From NCBI GenBank assembly GCA_964447495.1, contig CAYUTF010000009.1:1-54910 (forward strand): a stretch of DNA of 54,910 nucleotides, in the 5' to 3' direction. Of the stretch, positions 9,082-20,216 are shown one piece after another; the stretch's first letter is position 1, and the number at the start of each line of letters is the position of its first letter. This stretch comes from an uncultured archaeon (lineage in GTDB: Archaea > Asgardarchaeota > Lokiarchaeia > Sigyniarchaeales > SOKP01). Position numbers and translations under genes: made by a program. The notes under the pieces were generated by a model that saw only the letters and a program-made list of their open reading frames with translations, was not told the origin of the DNA and made no database searches.

Positions 9082-11983
9082 CTTTTTCTACCCTCTCTTT
9101 TAAATTAATTATAATTTTCATCGCTTCTATTGGATTTAATGAATTAATATCAAGTTTTTTTATTATATCGATTAATTCTTTTAGATTATCATCCATTACT
9201 ACTTTTTCCATAATTTTAGGTTTAAAGAAGGTCGTTTGAACATAAGCCTTTTTTTTCTTTTCTTTAGCTTTTGTATCCTGCTCCATACCTTTAGAAAATT
9301 CTAATTGAGCTTTTAATTTCTCCGCTTCAAAAGCTTTCCTTCCCAATTCTTTTTGTTTTTGAACTAATTTATCTTCGCAATCAATTAACTCATTTCGCTT
9401 TATAGATAATTCAAAACTAACTTTCTCTAACTCATTTTTCTTTTCTTTAATGAATTTATTATAATATTTGGTATCATATTCTCCATTACCATTTTCTGCA
9501 ATTGCTGCTTTAAAGGGATCTTTTTCTTCAATTTGATCTAAAATTTCAAATGCCCGAATTATCACATCATCCGGTATACCTGCTAATTTAGCGACGTGGA
9601 TACCATAAGATTTATCTGTGCTTCCCTCTTGTAGAGTTCTCACAAAATTTATACTTCCATCTTCATTCTCAATAATATCAAGATGATAATTTTTAATTCG
9701 TGGTAAATTTATCTCAGTTAGCTGATGATAATGAGTACTAAAAAGTGTTTTTGCTTTTAACTCATGAAGTTTCTCGATTGTAGCCATGGCTATACTTTGA
9801 CCATCACTTGTACTCGTTCCTCTACCAAGTTCATCAATAATTATTAAACTCGATGGAGTTGCATAATTCAATATTTTTGCTGTTTCAGTCATTTCAATCA
9901 TAAAAGTACTTAGTTTTCGAGCTAAATCATCTGAAGCCCCTATTCTAGTAAAAATTTGGTCAATAATTCCAATCTGAGCTGATTTTGCTGGTACAAAGCA
10001 TCCCATTTGAGCGATAATACATATTAAAGCTACTTGTCGGAGGAAGGTACTTTTACCTGACATATTTGGTCCAGTAATAATTAATATCTGCTCTTTTTCT
10101 GTATCTAAATAACAATCATTTGGTATGAATTTTTCAGAAAGATTAATTTGCTCAACAACGGGATGACGCCCACTCTTAATTATTATTTTATTATCATTGT
10201 TTATAATTGGGCGGCAATAATTATACTTCTCACTAATCTGAGCAAAACAGGCTAGAACATCAACATATGCTATAGTTTTCGCTGTTTCTAAAATACTTTT
10301 TGTTTGTTTTACAACTCTATCCCTTATGGTGCAGTATATTTCATATTCTAATTCATTTATTTGATCTTCGGCTTCTACAATTTTTTCTTCTAAAATTTTT
10401 AATTTGGATGTAGTAAAACGTTTTGCATTTTTAAGAGTTTGACGCTCATTATAGTCTTCTGGAATTTTGGGGATGCTTTTCAATGTGTTTAAAGTTATTT
10501 GTATATAATAACCAAGAATGTTATTATGTCCTATTTTAAGTCCTGAATTTAATTTCCATCTACTTTTTTCTTCCTTTTCATATTCAAGTATGTATTTTTT
10601 TCCATTGTTTAGAAGATCTCTTAATTCATCTATTTTATCGTTAAAGCCGTCCTTGATAATATTACCATCTTTAATTGTTGTTGAGGGATCTTCTTTAATT
10701 GAAGCATCTATTAAAGATTTAATTTCTGTGAATTCATTTATTTTATTAGTAAATTTAATTATTTCTGGAATGGATGATTTAATTAACAATGACTTAATTT
10801 TTGGGATTAATTCCAATGAATTTTTAATATTTATTAAATCACGGGCGTTTGAATTGCCCGCATAATTAGTTCGATTTATAAATCTCTCGAGATCTCCCAT
10901 TAAATTTAACTGCTCTCTCAATTCTGATCTTAAAAAAATATCATCTTTAAATTTTTGAACAATATTAAGTCTCTGATTTATCTCATTAATATCAAGAAGA
11001 GGTTGAAGAATAATTTTTTTTAATAAGCGAGTTCCCATTGGGGTGTGTGTATGGTTAAAAATAGAAAAAAGTGTGGTATCCTTTCCTCTTTCCCATAAAG
11101 ATGTAGTTAACTCTAGATTTCTTTGAGATATATAATCCAAATGAAGTACTTTATCTTCTTTTAATAAGCTGATTTTAAAAATATTAGGAATAATATCTCT
11201 CTGTGTTTCCTTTAAAAAGGCGAGTAAACCACCAGAAGCCTGAATAGCTAAACTTTTTCCTTCTAAACCAAAACCATGTAAGCTTGACAGGTTAAAATGA
11301 CGCTTAATTAGATCACTTGCTTCATTATTACTAAATACATAGTCTTCATAAGTTTTAATTAAAGCATCATTCAAATCAGTAAGAAGTAAAAAGAAATGTC
11401 CGTCCTTTTTGAGTTCTGAAGGAACAATTACCTCAACAGGATCATATTGTGAAAATAATGTAAGTATATTATCTAATGGATCATGCTCTTTTATTAAAAA
11501 CTCTGTAGTAACAAACTCTCCTGTAGATAAATCAGCAAATGCAATACCAAATCCTTTCTTTTCTTTGATAATAGAACAGATATAATTATTCTCATGTGAT
11601 TTCAGCATATCGGATTCAATTATTGTTCCCGGAGACAAGATTCGTACAACTCCACGCTTTACAATCCTTCCTTTTACAGTCGACGGATCTTCAAGTTGGT
11701 CCACCACTACAACTGTTTGTCCTAAATTTACAAGATTTTTCAGATAACTTCCAGCATGATGTGGTATACCTGCTAAAGGATATGAATCTCCTCCAATTTT
11801 TCTTCTTGTTAAAGTAATTCCTAATAAATTAGATACACGAATGGCATCATCATAAAAAAATTCGTAGAAATCTCCCATTCGATACGCAATTAAATGATCT
11901 GGATATTTCTCTTTATACCTCTCCTTTACGCTAAACCAATGTTTCATCATTGGGGTTAAATCATTTATCTTAAGGTCTTCCAT
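9062..11983 (-). CDS. mutS: DNA mismatch repair protein MutS (MutS1)
   Basis: TPMM, RMGDFYEFF mismatch-binding motif, GPNMSGKST Walker A, STFMIEM, DELGRGT, SYGIHVAKLAG. Confidence 0.97.
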   Translation of the reverse strand: MEDLKINDLTPMMKHWFSVKERYKEKYPDHLIAYRMGDFYEFFYDDAIRVSNLLGITLTRRKIGGDSYPLAGIPHHAGSYLKNLVNLGQTVVVVDQLEDPSTVKGRIVKRGVVRILSPGTIIESDMLKSHENNYICSIIKEKKGFGIAFADLSTGEFVTTEFLIKEHDPLDNILTLFSQYDPVEVIVPSELKKDGHFFLLLTDLNDALIKTYEDYVFSNNEASDLIKRHFNLSSLHGFGLEGKSLAIQASGGLLAFLKETQRDIIPNIFKISLLKEDKVLHLDYISQRNLELTTSLWERGKDTTLFSIFNHTHTPMGTRLLKKIILQPLLDINEINQRLNIVQKFKDDIFLRSELREQLNLMGDLERFINRTNYAGNSNARDLINIKNSLELIPKIKSLLIKSSIPEIIKFTNKINEFTEIKSLIDASIKEDPSTTIKDGNIIKDGFNDKIDELRDLLNNGKKYILEYEKEEKSRWKLNSGLKIGHNNILGYYIQITLNTLKSIPKIPEDYNERQTLKNAKRFTTSKLKILEEKIVEAEDQINELEYEIYCTIRDRVVKQTKSILETAKTIAYVDVLACFAQISEKYNYCRPIINNDNKIIIKSGRHPVVEQINLSEKFIPNDCYLDTEKEQILIITGPNMSGKSTFLRQVALICIIAQMGCFVPAKSAQIGIIDQIFTRIGASDDLARKLSTFMIEMTETAKILNYATPSSLIIIDELGRGTSTSDGQSIAMATIEKLHELKAKTLFSTHYHQLTEINLPRIKNYHLDIIENEDGSINFVRTLQEGSTDKSYGIHVAKLAGIPDDVIIRAFEILDQIEEKDPFKAAIAENGNGEYDTKYYNKFIKEKKNELEKVSFELSIKRNELIDCEDKLVQKQKELGRKAFEAEKLKAQLEFSKGMEQDTKAKEKKKKAYVQTTFFKPKIMEKVVMDDNLKELIDIIKKLDINSLNPIEAMKIIINLKERVEKDESPSN

Positions 11984-12103
11984 AGCATACTTCGTGGTTA
12001 TAATTAGAAATTAATTAACTTTAAGAATTAAATATAACAAGACTATTAGTTTTTAATAGAAATTTATTATGATTATTAGAAAATTAATAATCATGATCAT
12101 TAT

Positions 12104-13147
12104 TCAAATCCAACATGCAATATCTAAGGTCTCTATCCACTTTCCTGATAGATCAAATAATTCAGGTTTATATTTATAAATTTCAGCAATTGCTTCTAAA
12201 CACCCCGTCAATCTATGAGCACTTGTGTAACGATTAAATAAAAAATCTTTATTATTAAGACTAGGAATCGTATATTCTAAATATTTATGTATTGCTTGAT
12301 GAATATCGTCTTCTCTATAGCCCCCCAATTGCTTACTACATCGTAATAAAGAAAAAATGGCATCAAGATCTATACAGTATGAGACATCTCCGCCCCACAG
12401 TCCAATTTCATTTTGTAATTGGAGAGTTGAATCTATAACTTTATCAGGATAGGAGATGGGTCGTTGCATATACTCATATACCCAATAATAATGAATTGCT
12501 CCTCCTAACTCATGCTTAGTCAAGCGTTTTTTAATCTTATGATTCCAACCTAAACGCCAGAAACCCACTATAGGATCTGCTTTACTGTTAAGCCATCCAA
12601 AATACCAATCAAAAAAATTCTCATGAGGGTAATAATCTTCTCCTAGCATCGCAAAAATGGCTCCTATACCCCCACCTCGATGGGAACCAGGCCAGAGAAA
12701 TATACCCCATTCTGGAACGTTCTTAAGCCACTTTTCAACTTGTCTCTTAGAATTCAGTTTTTTAGTAATTTGGAAATCATATTTTGGAGTTGCATTTAAT
12801 AATTTAAGCGCAGAAACAGCAAAAGCACTGGCATGTTCCCATTGCCCAGTTAAAGGTGAGCGAAATTTATAATTAAAATAATCATCTTTGAACCATCCTG
12901 TTTTTGAGTCTTGATATGATTGTATTTTCTCAATCCAGGCTTCTCTATTTTCAATTTCATGAATATTAAGGTAATGCTCAATTTGATCTGGAATCGTTAG
13001 ATTAAATACCATATCGCATATACCATATAAAGAACTTTTCTTTTTTCCTCTTATAACACTGAAATCTCCCGCAATATTAGTAATTTTAAAGCTCTCTACC
13101 CAATTAAAAAAATTGTCATGAAATATATCAAGATTAAACTTGTTCAT
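12104..13147 (-). CDS. Hypothetical protein, possibly alpha/alpha-toroid (prenyltransferase-repeat-like)
   Basis: Repeated QxxxxGxW/F-like motifs (IQSYQDSKTGWF, ADPIVGFW, LQLQNEIGLW). The fold is inferred. Confidence 0.5.
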   Translation of the reverse strand: MNKFNLDIFHDNFFNWVESFKITNIAGDFSVIRGKKKSSLYGICDMVFNLTIPDQIEHYLNIHEIENREAWIEKIQSYQDSKTGWFKDDYFNYKFRSPLTGQWEHASAFAVSALKLLNATPKYDFQITKKLNSKRQVEKWLKNVPEWGIFLWPGSHRGGGIGAIFAMLGEDYYPHENFFDWYFGWLNSKADPIVGFWRLGWNHKIKKRLTKHELGGAIHYYWVYEYMQRPISYPDKVIDSTLQLQNEIGLWGGDVSYCIDLDAIFSLLRCSKQLGGYREDDIHQAIHKYLEYTIPSLNNKDFLFNRYTSAHRLTGCLEAIAEIYKYKPELFDLSGKWIETLDIACWI

Positions 13148-13205
13148 AATTATGGAAATATGGCTTGAAATAACAATACTATTAAAATAAAAAATAAAAA
13201 AAAGA

Positions 13206-15965
13206 TTATATTTTTAACACTTTTTTTTCCAAGGTTAAATCGTAAGCTTCTTTCATAGCTTCTTCATAGATATCAATCTTAAACTTATTATAAAATGGAC
13301 TTATTTTACTCCCTAATTTTGCGACTTTCCCTAAGGTTTTTGGGAAGAAACCAAGAACGGGAGTCGTCACCATCATAGCAGCTCTTTGGAACTCTTGTAG
13401 TGTGTTTGGATCGTAGCCCCCCAAGAAGCCATCAATGAATGCATAGAAGAAAATAAATATGAATATTCCTAATAAGAATATGATTGCTGTGTTAAGGATT
13501 TTATCTCCCATTGGTATTGACCAAATTATTTCTCCTAGAATATAGAGAACAATAAAATTAATAATTGCCGAAATTGCCGGAGTTATGAAAGTTTTGAAGG
13601 GATATATTTTATACTTAATGATTTTTTTCCGAACAATCAGCCATGCAATTAGATCTTTAAGCAATACTGCAGGAATATAGGCAATAATGACAAGAACCAT
13701 ATCTTTAAAAATTATGACTAATACAAACATCAGTATGGCTCTACTAGCTTGTTCAATGATCCAGACTAGCATTGCCCATCCTGTGTGTCCAGTACCTTCG
13801 AATACAGAATCGACGAGCCAAGAATAGATACCACCAACATGAAAAAGTAATAATGGTATTAAAAATTTGACTGCAGGACCTCCATATTCTTCACCAGCAG
13901 CACCTACTAAAAATTTAGCTCCTGTGGCAAAAAGAACTGATATTAAGAAAAACGCAAAATAATTACCCCATCTAAAAGCTTGATAGATATATAATTTTGT
14001 TAATGTATGCTTTTTATGAGAATATGATTCACTGTATGCACCTAAAAGAGTATTTGAATATAAAGTAACTATCTGAACAATCATCCCTAAAGTCCACGTG
14101 AGATTAAACCAGCCTAAATTATTGGAATAATTTGCCACATATATAGAGGTAATAAGCACCTGTAAAAACCATCCTATCTGCACAAAACCCTCTCCAACGC
14201 CCAGCCTCGATCCATACCGCAATGATTCTTTAATTTCCCCTTTTGAGAAATCAATTCTAAAACAAGTCTTCGGCGAAAAACCTTGTTTTTTAAAGATTAT
14301 AAATGAAATGAAAAATGTCATCCAAAAGTCAAAACATCTGGCTATTGCATATCCTATGCCTGCTCCAAGAGCTTCTCCAAATACTGGATTAGCAGCGCCC
14401 CACAAACGCCCAAGATAACAAAAAACTAATTGACCGACTAGTAGAAATACAATTTCCCACAAAATATATAAGATTAAATAATAATCTGAACGTTGCATTC
14501 CTTGAAAGGTATACATAAACACTAGAAATACTCCAGGATACTGTACGAAAGAATATACAACAAATATCCAACTCATATGAGCAAGGGGTGTATAGGGGAA
14601 TACTATTGAGCCTATAAAGCCAATTATTGTTATTTGAATTATACCCGTGAAAATCTGCCACCAAACATATATTTGTATATAGTGTATCGCTTTTTTTGGG
14701 TTTTTCACACGATACTGAGAAAAATATTTTGCGAGAGCGAAACTGGTTCCGAAATCAAACAAAATCCAAATGATTTGAAAGAAGTTATATGCATAATTAT
14801 ACCATCCTGCAGCTTGAGGATATGGTTGAATTATTTGGGGCATTATAAAGTTCGATACCAATAATTGTGGGAGAACAAGAATTAACCCAAGAAATAAAGT
14901 AAAGAGAAAACCCCCTAATTGACGATGAGCTCCAATAACTTCCCATTCCTCCTTAATATCTACTTTTTCATCACTAAATTTTTCTAATTTTTTAAGCTCT
15001 TCTGTGAATTCTTGTTGTTCTTTTTCAGCTTGGCGTTCTAGTGCTTCTATTGCAGCCTGATCTATTTCTGTCCGTGATTTTCTTTTAGTCACCACAAATA
15101 ATACAATCGCTAAAATAGAAAGAATCGCAATGATAATCCCAATTATAATTTGTTGAGTAAGATGGGGTACTGGCGAATAAGGCCATACAGGATATGTCAA
15201 GGGTGTCATTTGCATGCTCTCAAAAACAATACCATAGATAAAGTAATTGAAATAAGGCCATAATTTAAAATCTAAATTTGCTCCTTCTTCTAACCATCCT
15301 GTAAATAACAAAACGTTCCCAGATCCATATTGTTTTTCCAATAAAATAGGTCGTTGATTTGCTTCGATCTCTAAATTCTTCGATACAGGATACGCATCAA
15401 TAATTCGATCTATTGTTGAATTAAGGCTTGATTCAAGAAATATAGTCATATTTTTTACTTTTATATCTGGAGCAGAATTCCAATCGATACTTGTACTTAT
15501 AGTGTGTTCTGGATCATTTACAATACATAACATTGACTCAGTATTAACACTTTTACCTAACGTATTGTCTATTAAAAACAGTTTTTCTAATAGTGTTGCG
15601 TTATTATCTAACTCATTTCCCATAATGATGACAACAGCTCCACCAGCTTTAACATAATTAGAAATATTATTTTGTATAGCATCTGAAAGTACCGAATCAA
15701 AGATAATAACGGAATCTATCCAAGACCCAATAGAAATACTCGGCGATGTTGCTGATATCACTGATACATTAAAATCTTCCTCATCAATTTGAAGACTTTG
15801 AAGAAATAAAGCATCATTTCCCTTGCTGATCACCATTATATTCTTTTGCGTGCTAGATTGGCTATGACCAGGAGTTATCAAGAAAAATACTGCAATATTG
15901 CTTAAAATCAGGGCTACCAAACAAGTAATTAAAATTTTTGATATTTTACTATTTGATTTTTTCAT
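13206..15965 (-). CDS. Large membrane protein: N-terminal extracytoplasmic domain plus multi-TM MOP/flippase-like domain
   Basis: N-terminal hydrophobic anchor, about 240 aa soluble domain, one TM, charged linker, then many hydrophobic helices including a Wzx/MATE-like FDFGTSFALAKYFSQY segment. Confidence 0.65.
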   Translation of the reverse strand: MKKSNSKISKILITCLVALILSNIAVFFLITPGHSQSSTQKNIMVISKGNDALFLQSLQIDEEDFNVSVISATSPSISIGSWIDSVIIFDSVLSDAIQNNISNYVKAGGAVVIIMGNELDNNATLLEKLFLIDNTLGKSVNTESMLCIVNDPEHTISTSIDWNSAPDIKVKNMTIFLESSLNSTIDRIIDAYPVSKNLEIEANQRPILLEKQYGSGNVLLFTGWLEEGANLDFKLWPYFNYFIYGIVFESMQMTPLTYPVWPYSPVPHLTQQIIIGIIIAILSILAIVLFVVTKRKSRTEIDQAAIEALERQAEKEQQEFTEELKKLEKFSDEKVDIKEEWEVIGAHRQLGGFLFTLFLGLILVLPQLLVSNFIMPQIIQPYPQAAGWYNYAYNFFQIIWILFDFGTSFALAKYFSQYRVKNPKKAIHYIQIYVWWQIFTGIIQITIIGFIGSIVFPYTPLAHMSWIFVVYSFVQYPGVFLVFMYTFQGMQRSDYYLILYILWEIVFLLVGQLVFCYLGRLWGAANPVFGEALGAGIGYAIARCFDFWMTFFISFIIFKKQGFSPKTCFRIDFSKGEIKESLRYGSRLGVGEGFVQIGWFLQVLITSIYVANYSNNLGWFNLTWTLGMIVQIVTLYSNTLLGAYSESYSHKKHTLTKLYIYQAFRWGNYFAFFLISVLFATGAKFLVGAAGEEYGGPAVKFLIPLLLFHVGGIYSWLVDSVFEGTGHTGWAMLVWIIEQASRAILMFVLVIIFKDMVLVIIAYIPAVLLKDLIAWLIVRKKIIKYKIYPFKTFITPAISAIINFIVLYILGEIIWSIPMGDKILNTAIIFLLGIFIFIFFYAFIDGFLGGYDPNTLQEFQRAAMMVTTPVLGFFPKTLGKVAKLGSKISPFYNKFKIDIYEEAMKEAYDLTLEKKVLKI

Positions 15966-16066
15966 TGAAAATCGAAAATTAATTTTTTTAATATATAATT
16001 CTATTTTCTACTTAATATTTTATAAATCTTACAATCTTTCAATTCGAATTCTAAAACAAGAAGTCA

Positions 16067-16915
16067 TTATTTAATATGCTTTTCAAGCCAAACATACATA
16101 TCTTGATATACCTGAGCTCTTCCTTTTTCATTCCATAGTTCGTGTAAAAATCCGGGATATTCCTTATATTGTTTATCCTTGCTTTTTATTGCTTCATAAA
16201 ATTCTTGTGAAGCGCTTTTTTCTACTAATTTATCTTTACCCGCTTGCATAATAAATACCGGGCATAATAATTTATCAGCGTTCTCTAAAGCCCATTTCAT
16301 AGATTGTTCCAACTCTGCAGCACTTCTTAAAGAGATTGTTTCTATCTTCTTGTCATCACTGATATGTTCTCGTAGAATCTTGAGATCGCTTGTCAATAAA
16401 TTCTGATCTATAACCATACTAGTAGTTTTAGTTGGTGATAATTTTGAGAGAGGTTTAGCCAATTTTTTTCCAAGCTTTTTAGCTAAGGATAGTTCAGCTT
16501 TAAATTGTAAAAGTGGCGAAGAGACAAGTACTCCATCTAAACCTGGATGATTTATGGCAAAAATTAGACTAATTAAACCTCCAAACGAATGTCCAATTAA
16601 AAATATCTTCTTATTTCCTGCTTTTTCTTTCACGAGATCAGTAAAAAGGACTATATCTTTTTGGAGATGATCCATGCTATCGATATGGCCTGAGTAATCT
16701 CCTGTATTCCTCCAATGACCTCTTAAATCAAATGTATATACGCTATATCCTATTTCTGTTAAATATTTTGCAGGGGTCTTCATTCTGTCAGAATGTGTTC
16801 CCCATCCATGTATAGCTATAATAAATCCTTTTATTTCTTGGTCTTCTGGAGACCAGCATTGGTAAAATAATTTTCTTGTTTCTCTACCCTCAAAATAACC
16901 TGTTTGATGCAACAT
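16067..16915 (-). CDS. Alpha/beta hydrolase, monoacylglycerol lipase/lysophospholipase family
   Basis: HGWG, DLRGH, GHSFGG nucleophile elbow, and HELWNE. Confidence 0.88.
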   Translation of the reverse strand: MLHQTGYFEGRETRKLFYQCWSPEDQEIKGFIIAIHGWGTHSDRMKTPAKYLTEIGYSVYTFDLRGHWRNTGDYSGHIDSMDHLQKDIVLFTDLVKEKAGNKKIFLIGHSFGGLISLIFAINHPGLDGVLVSSPLLQFKAELSLAKKLGKKLAKPLSKLSPTKTTSMVIDQNLLTSDLKILREHISDDKKIETISLRSAAELEQSMKWALENADKLLCPVFIMQAGKDKLVEKSASQEFYEAIKSKDKQYKEYPGFLHELWNEKGRAQVYQDMYVWLEKHIK

Positions 16916-17125
16916 CTTATCTCATATCCTTTTCTGCTTTTCTAATGAACAACATTTTATAAAATTTATAATTTCTATTTTCATTTTATTTTTTGGAATA
17001 ATTTTCTCAAAGAAAATTATCATCTTCTTCAGTATATATTAACACAAAATTTTTAAAAATTGCTAAAACTTCATACTTTATAATATCATATTAACATCAT
17101 TAAATAAAAGATTTATAAGAAGCAT

Positions 17126-17713
17126 ATGACAGATAAAAATTTAATTAAGTTAGTGATCCATGGTCGAGGCGGGCAGGGAGCTGTTACTGCGTGTGAAATT
17201 TTAGCAGAAGCAGCATATCTAAGTGGAAATTTTAAAGACGTTCATGCATATCCTTCATTTGGAGCTGAGAGAAGAGGTGCTCCTGTCCAAGCATATGCTA
17301 AACTTTCTAGAACAGACACAATTTGGGATAGATCTGAGATATATCATCCTAATATTTTGATAATTTTCGACGAAAGTGTACTAGATCAAACAATTGCATC
17401 ATCTCTTGAAAATAATGGAATATTTATTATAAATTCCGATAAAGATCCAAAAACTTTAGCAAACGAATATCATTTAAATCCAAGTATCAAAATTGTGGCA
17501 GCAGATATTAGTAAGTTAGCTCTTGACAAAAATCTAACTATTGACGGCAATCCCGTTATAAATACTCCCATTCTAGGGCTATTATCTAAAGCAATCCCTG
17601 ATTTACAATTAAAAAATCTAAAAAAGGTGATTATGGATAAGTTAGGGGAAAAGTTGGGTTCATTAAACTATGAGCTTATTGAACAAGGATATAATCTAGC
17701 CAAAATAACGTGA
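17126..17713 (+). CDS. porC: Pyruvate/2-oxoacid:ferredoxin oxidoreductase gamma subunit
   Basis: HGRGGQGAVT and PSFGAERRGAPV motifs. Confidence 0.92.
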   Translation: MTDKNLIKLVIHGRGGQGAVTACEILAEAAYLSGNFKDVHAYPSFGAERRGAPVQAYAKLSRTDTIWDRSEIYHPNILIIFDESVLDQTIASSLENNGIFIINSDKDPKTLANEYHLNPSIKIVAADISKLALDKNLTIDGNPVINTPILGLLSKAIPDLQLKNLKKVIMDKLGEKLGSLNYELIEQGYNLAKIT

Positions 17714-17735
17714 TAAAAACCAAAGTACTTATCAC

Positions 17736-19985
17736 TTATACTAAGGGTAATTTTACAATAAAATTACTTCCTTTATTTCTACCTAATGATTCTGCTCTAA
17801 TTTCTCCATTATGCAAATCTATTATTTCTTTTGAAATAAATAAACCCAATCCAGTGCCTTGAATATCAATATATTCAAATTCTTCTCCTGATCTTTCAAT
17901 TTTTCCAAATCTTGTAAATAACATATCCATTTCCTTTTGCGTTAAACCAATTCCTGTATCTTTTATAGACAATTCAGCAAAATTGATCAACTTCTCAAGC
18001 TCTATCTTAATATCTCCATTAGGAGGAGTATTTTTTATTGCATTAGAAAGTAAATTCATAATCACTTGCTCCATTCTAATTCTATCTAAATCTAAAAATA
18101 AATCTTCTGGAAGGGATATTTGAATGTTAATTTTCCTCTCTTTTATCAAATACATTAATTCTTTGATTACATCTTTTATAATTGAGCTAAAATTTACACT
18201 TTGCTTTTTAAGTTCTAGCTTATTAAACTCAACGCGAGAAATATCTATTAAATTTTCAACTAAAAATCTTAATCGTTTGCCTCCTTTTTCAATTAATTCT
18301 AAAATTTCAAGTGGTTCTCTCTCAAAATTTTCTTTGTAGATATTTAAAAGAAGTTCAGATCCTCCACAAATCGAAACAAGTGGTGTTTTTAATTCATGAG
18401 ATACTCTTGAGATTAGATTTTTGCGTAAATTATCCAACTCTTTTAATTTCTCTAATTCTTTTTCAATTAAGAATTCTACCTCCTTCCTTGACCTAATATC
18501 TGTGAATATCGCTTGAACAAAAATTTCATGATGAATTTTTATAATTGAGGCTTGTAAATTAGTCCAAATTAGAGTGCCATTTTTATGTTGAATTTGAAGA
18601 TCAATCCTATGTAAATCCTCTCCCTTTATAAATTTCTGAAATGCTTCAAATATGCTTTTTATACTTTCTGAAGGTATTATTGGTAATTTGGAAAATTTTT
18701 TACCAATTAACTCTGCCCTATCATATCCAATCATTGTTTTGAGGGTTGGATTGCAATCTATAATTACCCCCTTAGAATTAATTAAAACTATGGAAAAAGG
18801 AGTATTTTCATAAAGGAAACGAAACTTTCTTTCAGACTCTTTTAATTTCTTTTCTAAATTATACTTTTCAGTAATATCAATAAAAGTTCCTTCAATTCCA
18901 GTAGGTGTTCCATCTTTATCTTTCATTAAATGAGAATTTAACTGAATAACTATTTTTTTTCTATCCTTTGTTAGTGCTTGACATATGTAATTCTTAGCAA
19001 ATCCTTTATTCATAACATCCTTAACATAATCATCACGAAGTTCAGGATCTTGCCAAAAATCAGTAACTTTTTTTCCAACCAGACTCTCCTCAATATCATA
19101 TTCTAAAATCTTATTATGAGCAGGGTTATGATTAATCATTCGACCATCTAAAGTAACTTGATAGAAACCAACATCCAAATTATTCACCATATCACGAAAT
19201 TTAGTTTCGGAATCCTTTAATTGTTCTATAGCGTTAATTCGTTCCGTGATATCCTCAGTATGGACTAAAATTAAATCTGGGGGTACAAAGCCGTAATGTA
19301 CTGACAGATGTTTTTCTTTCTTTGTACCAAAAAATTTATACTTCATCTGACGACTTATTTGTTTCTTTTGGGAAAAACAAAGCTCTAAATCATCCAAAAT
19401 ATCCTTACGATCTTTATATAAATCCAGAGCCTTATATCCTAAGAAATCTCTAACATTTCCCTGTGTAATTGTCGCAGCAGCATTATTAAAATCAATCAAA
19501 ACGACTGCATTGTTTATATACCGCCATATATATACGGGAATCGGACCCTCTTTATAAATAGCTTTGAATCTTTCCTCAGATTCCAATAGTCTCTGTTCTG
19601 CTTTTTTACGTTCAGTAATATTTTTCCCAATCCCTAAAATCGCATAAACTTCCCCTTCTTTTTTTAATGGAATACCATAAGTTTCAATATATAAGAAATT
19701 TCCATGTTTTGTATGGATTTTGTATTTACTTACTTTAGATTGTTTTCCTGTTTTTATGATCTCTTTTGTAACCCGATAAGCTCGATTTAAATTTTCTTTA
19801 TCTAACAAATCAATAAATGAAATATTACCTAAATCCTCAGATTCATAACCAAGAGCAATTAAAGTAAGATCACTAGCATCTAGAAAATTACCATTTAAAT
19901 CATTCACGTATATTAAATCTAATGAATGCTCAAATAAATCTGCATACTTCTTTCTAATCTCTTCTTTATTATACTCCATTAACAA
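17736..19985 (-). CDS. Cytoplasmic multi-PAS sensor histidine kinase
   Basis: About four PAS repeats ending in (D/N)ITE/DIR, H-box SHELKTPL, NLLSNAIK, DTGIG, GTGLGL. No TM segment. Confidence 0.93.
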   Translation of the reverse strand: MLMEYNKEEIRKKYADLFEHSLDLIYVNDLNGNFLDASDLTLIALGYESEDLGNISFIDLLDKENLNRAYRVTKEIIKTGKQSKVSKYKIHTKHGNFLYIETYGIPLKKEGEVYAILGIGKNITERKKAEQRLLESEERFKAIYKEGPIPVYIWRYINNAVVLIDFNNAAATITQGNVRDFLGYKALDLYKDRKDILDDLELCFSQKKQISRQMKYKFFGTKKEKHLSVHYGFVPPDLILVHTEDITERINAIEQLKDSETKFRDMVNNLDVGFYQVTLDGRMINHNPAHNKILEYDIEESLVGKKVTDFWQDPELRDDYVKDVMNKGFAKNYICQALTKDRKKIVIQLNSHLMKDKDGTPTGIEGTFIDITEKYNLEKKLKESERKFRFLYENTPFSIVLINSKGVIIDCNPTLKTMIGYDRAELIGKKFSKLPIIPSESIKSIFEAFQKFIKGEDLHRIDLQIQHKNGTLIWTNLQASIIKIHHEIFVQAIFTDIRSRKEVEFLIEKELEKLKELDNLRKNLISRVSHELKTPLVSICGGSELLLNIYKENFEREPLEILELIEKGGKRLRFLVENLIDISRVEFNKLELKKQSVNFSSIIKDVIKELMYLIKERKINIQISLPEDLFLDLDRIRMEQVIMNLLSNAIKNTPPNGDIKIELEKLINFAELSIKDTGIGLTQKEMDMLFTRFGKIERSGEEFEYIDIQGTGLGLFISKEIIDLHNGEIRAESLGRNKGSNFIVKLPLV

Positions 19986-20216
19986 CCCTAAAGAAGTAAT
20001 GACAACTTATTCCTTAAGTATGTCTTCTAAAAAAAATATGAAAGTGGAATATATTTATGTCTTTCTTTTTCGAAACTAATTTCCAGCAAGCTATGAAGAA
20101 TTTGTTCCAATTATATCAAAGAATAATTGCTTATTGTATTTAATCGGAAAAATTTTATTTCAAAACTAATTAATTTTTATATATATTAAGTAATTCATTA
20201 AATCATATGAATATCT

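Noticed and set aside
11981-11991. Identical 11-mer (AGTATGCTATG on the minus strand) at the starts of mutS and the Clp1 gene (32158-32168)
   Set aside because: Three bases are the ATG itself and there are only two instances, which is too little to call a regulatory element.
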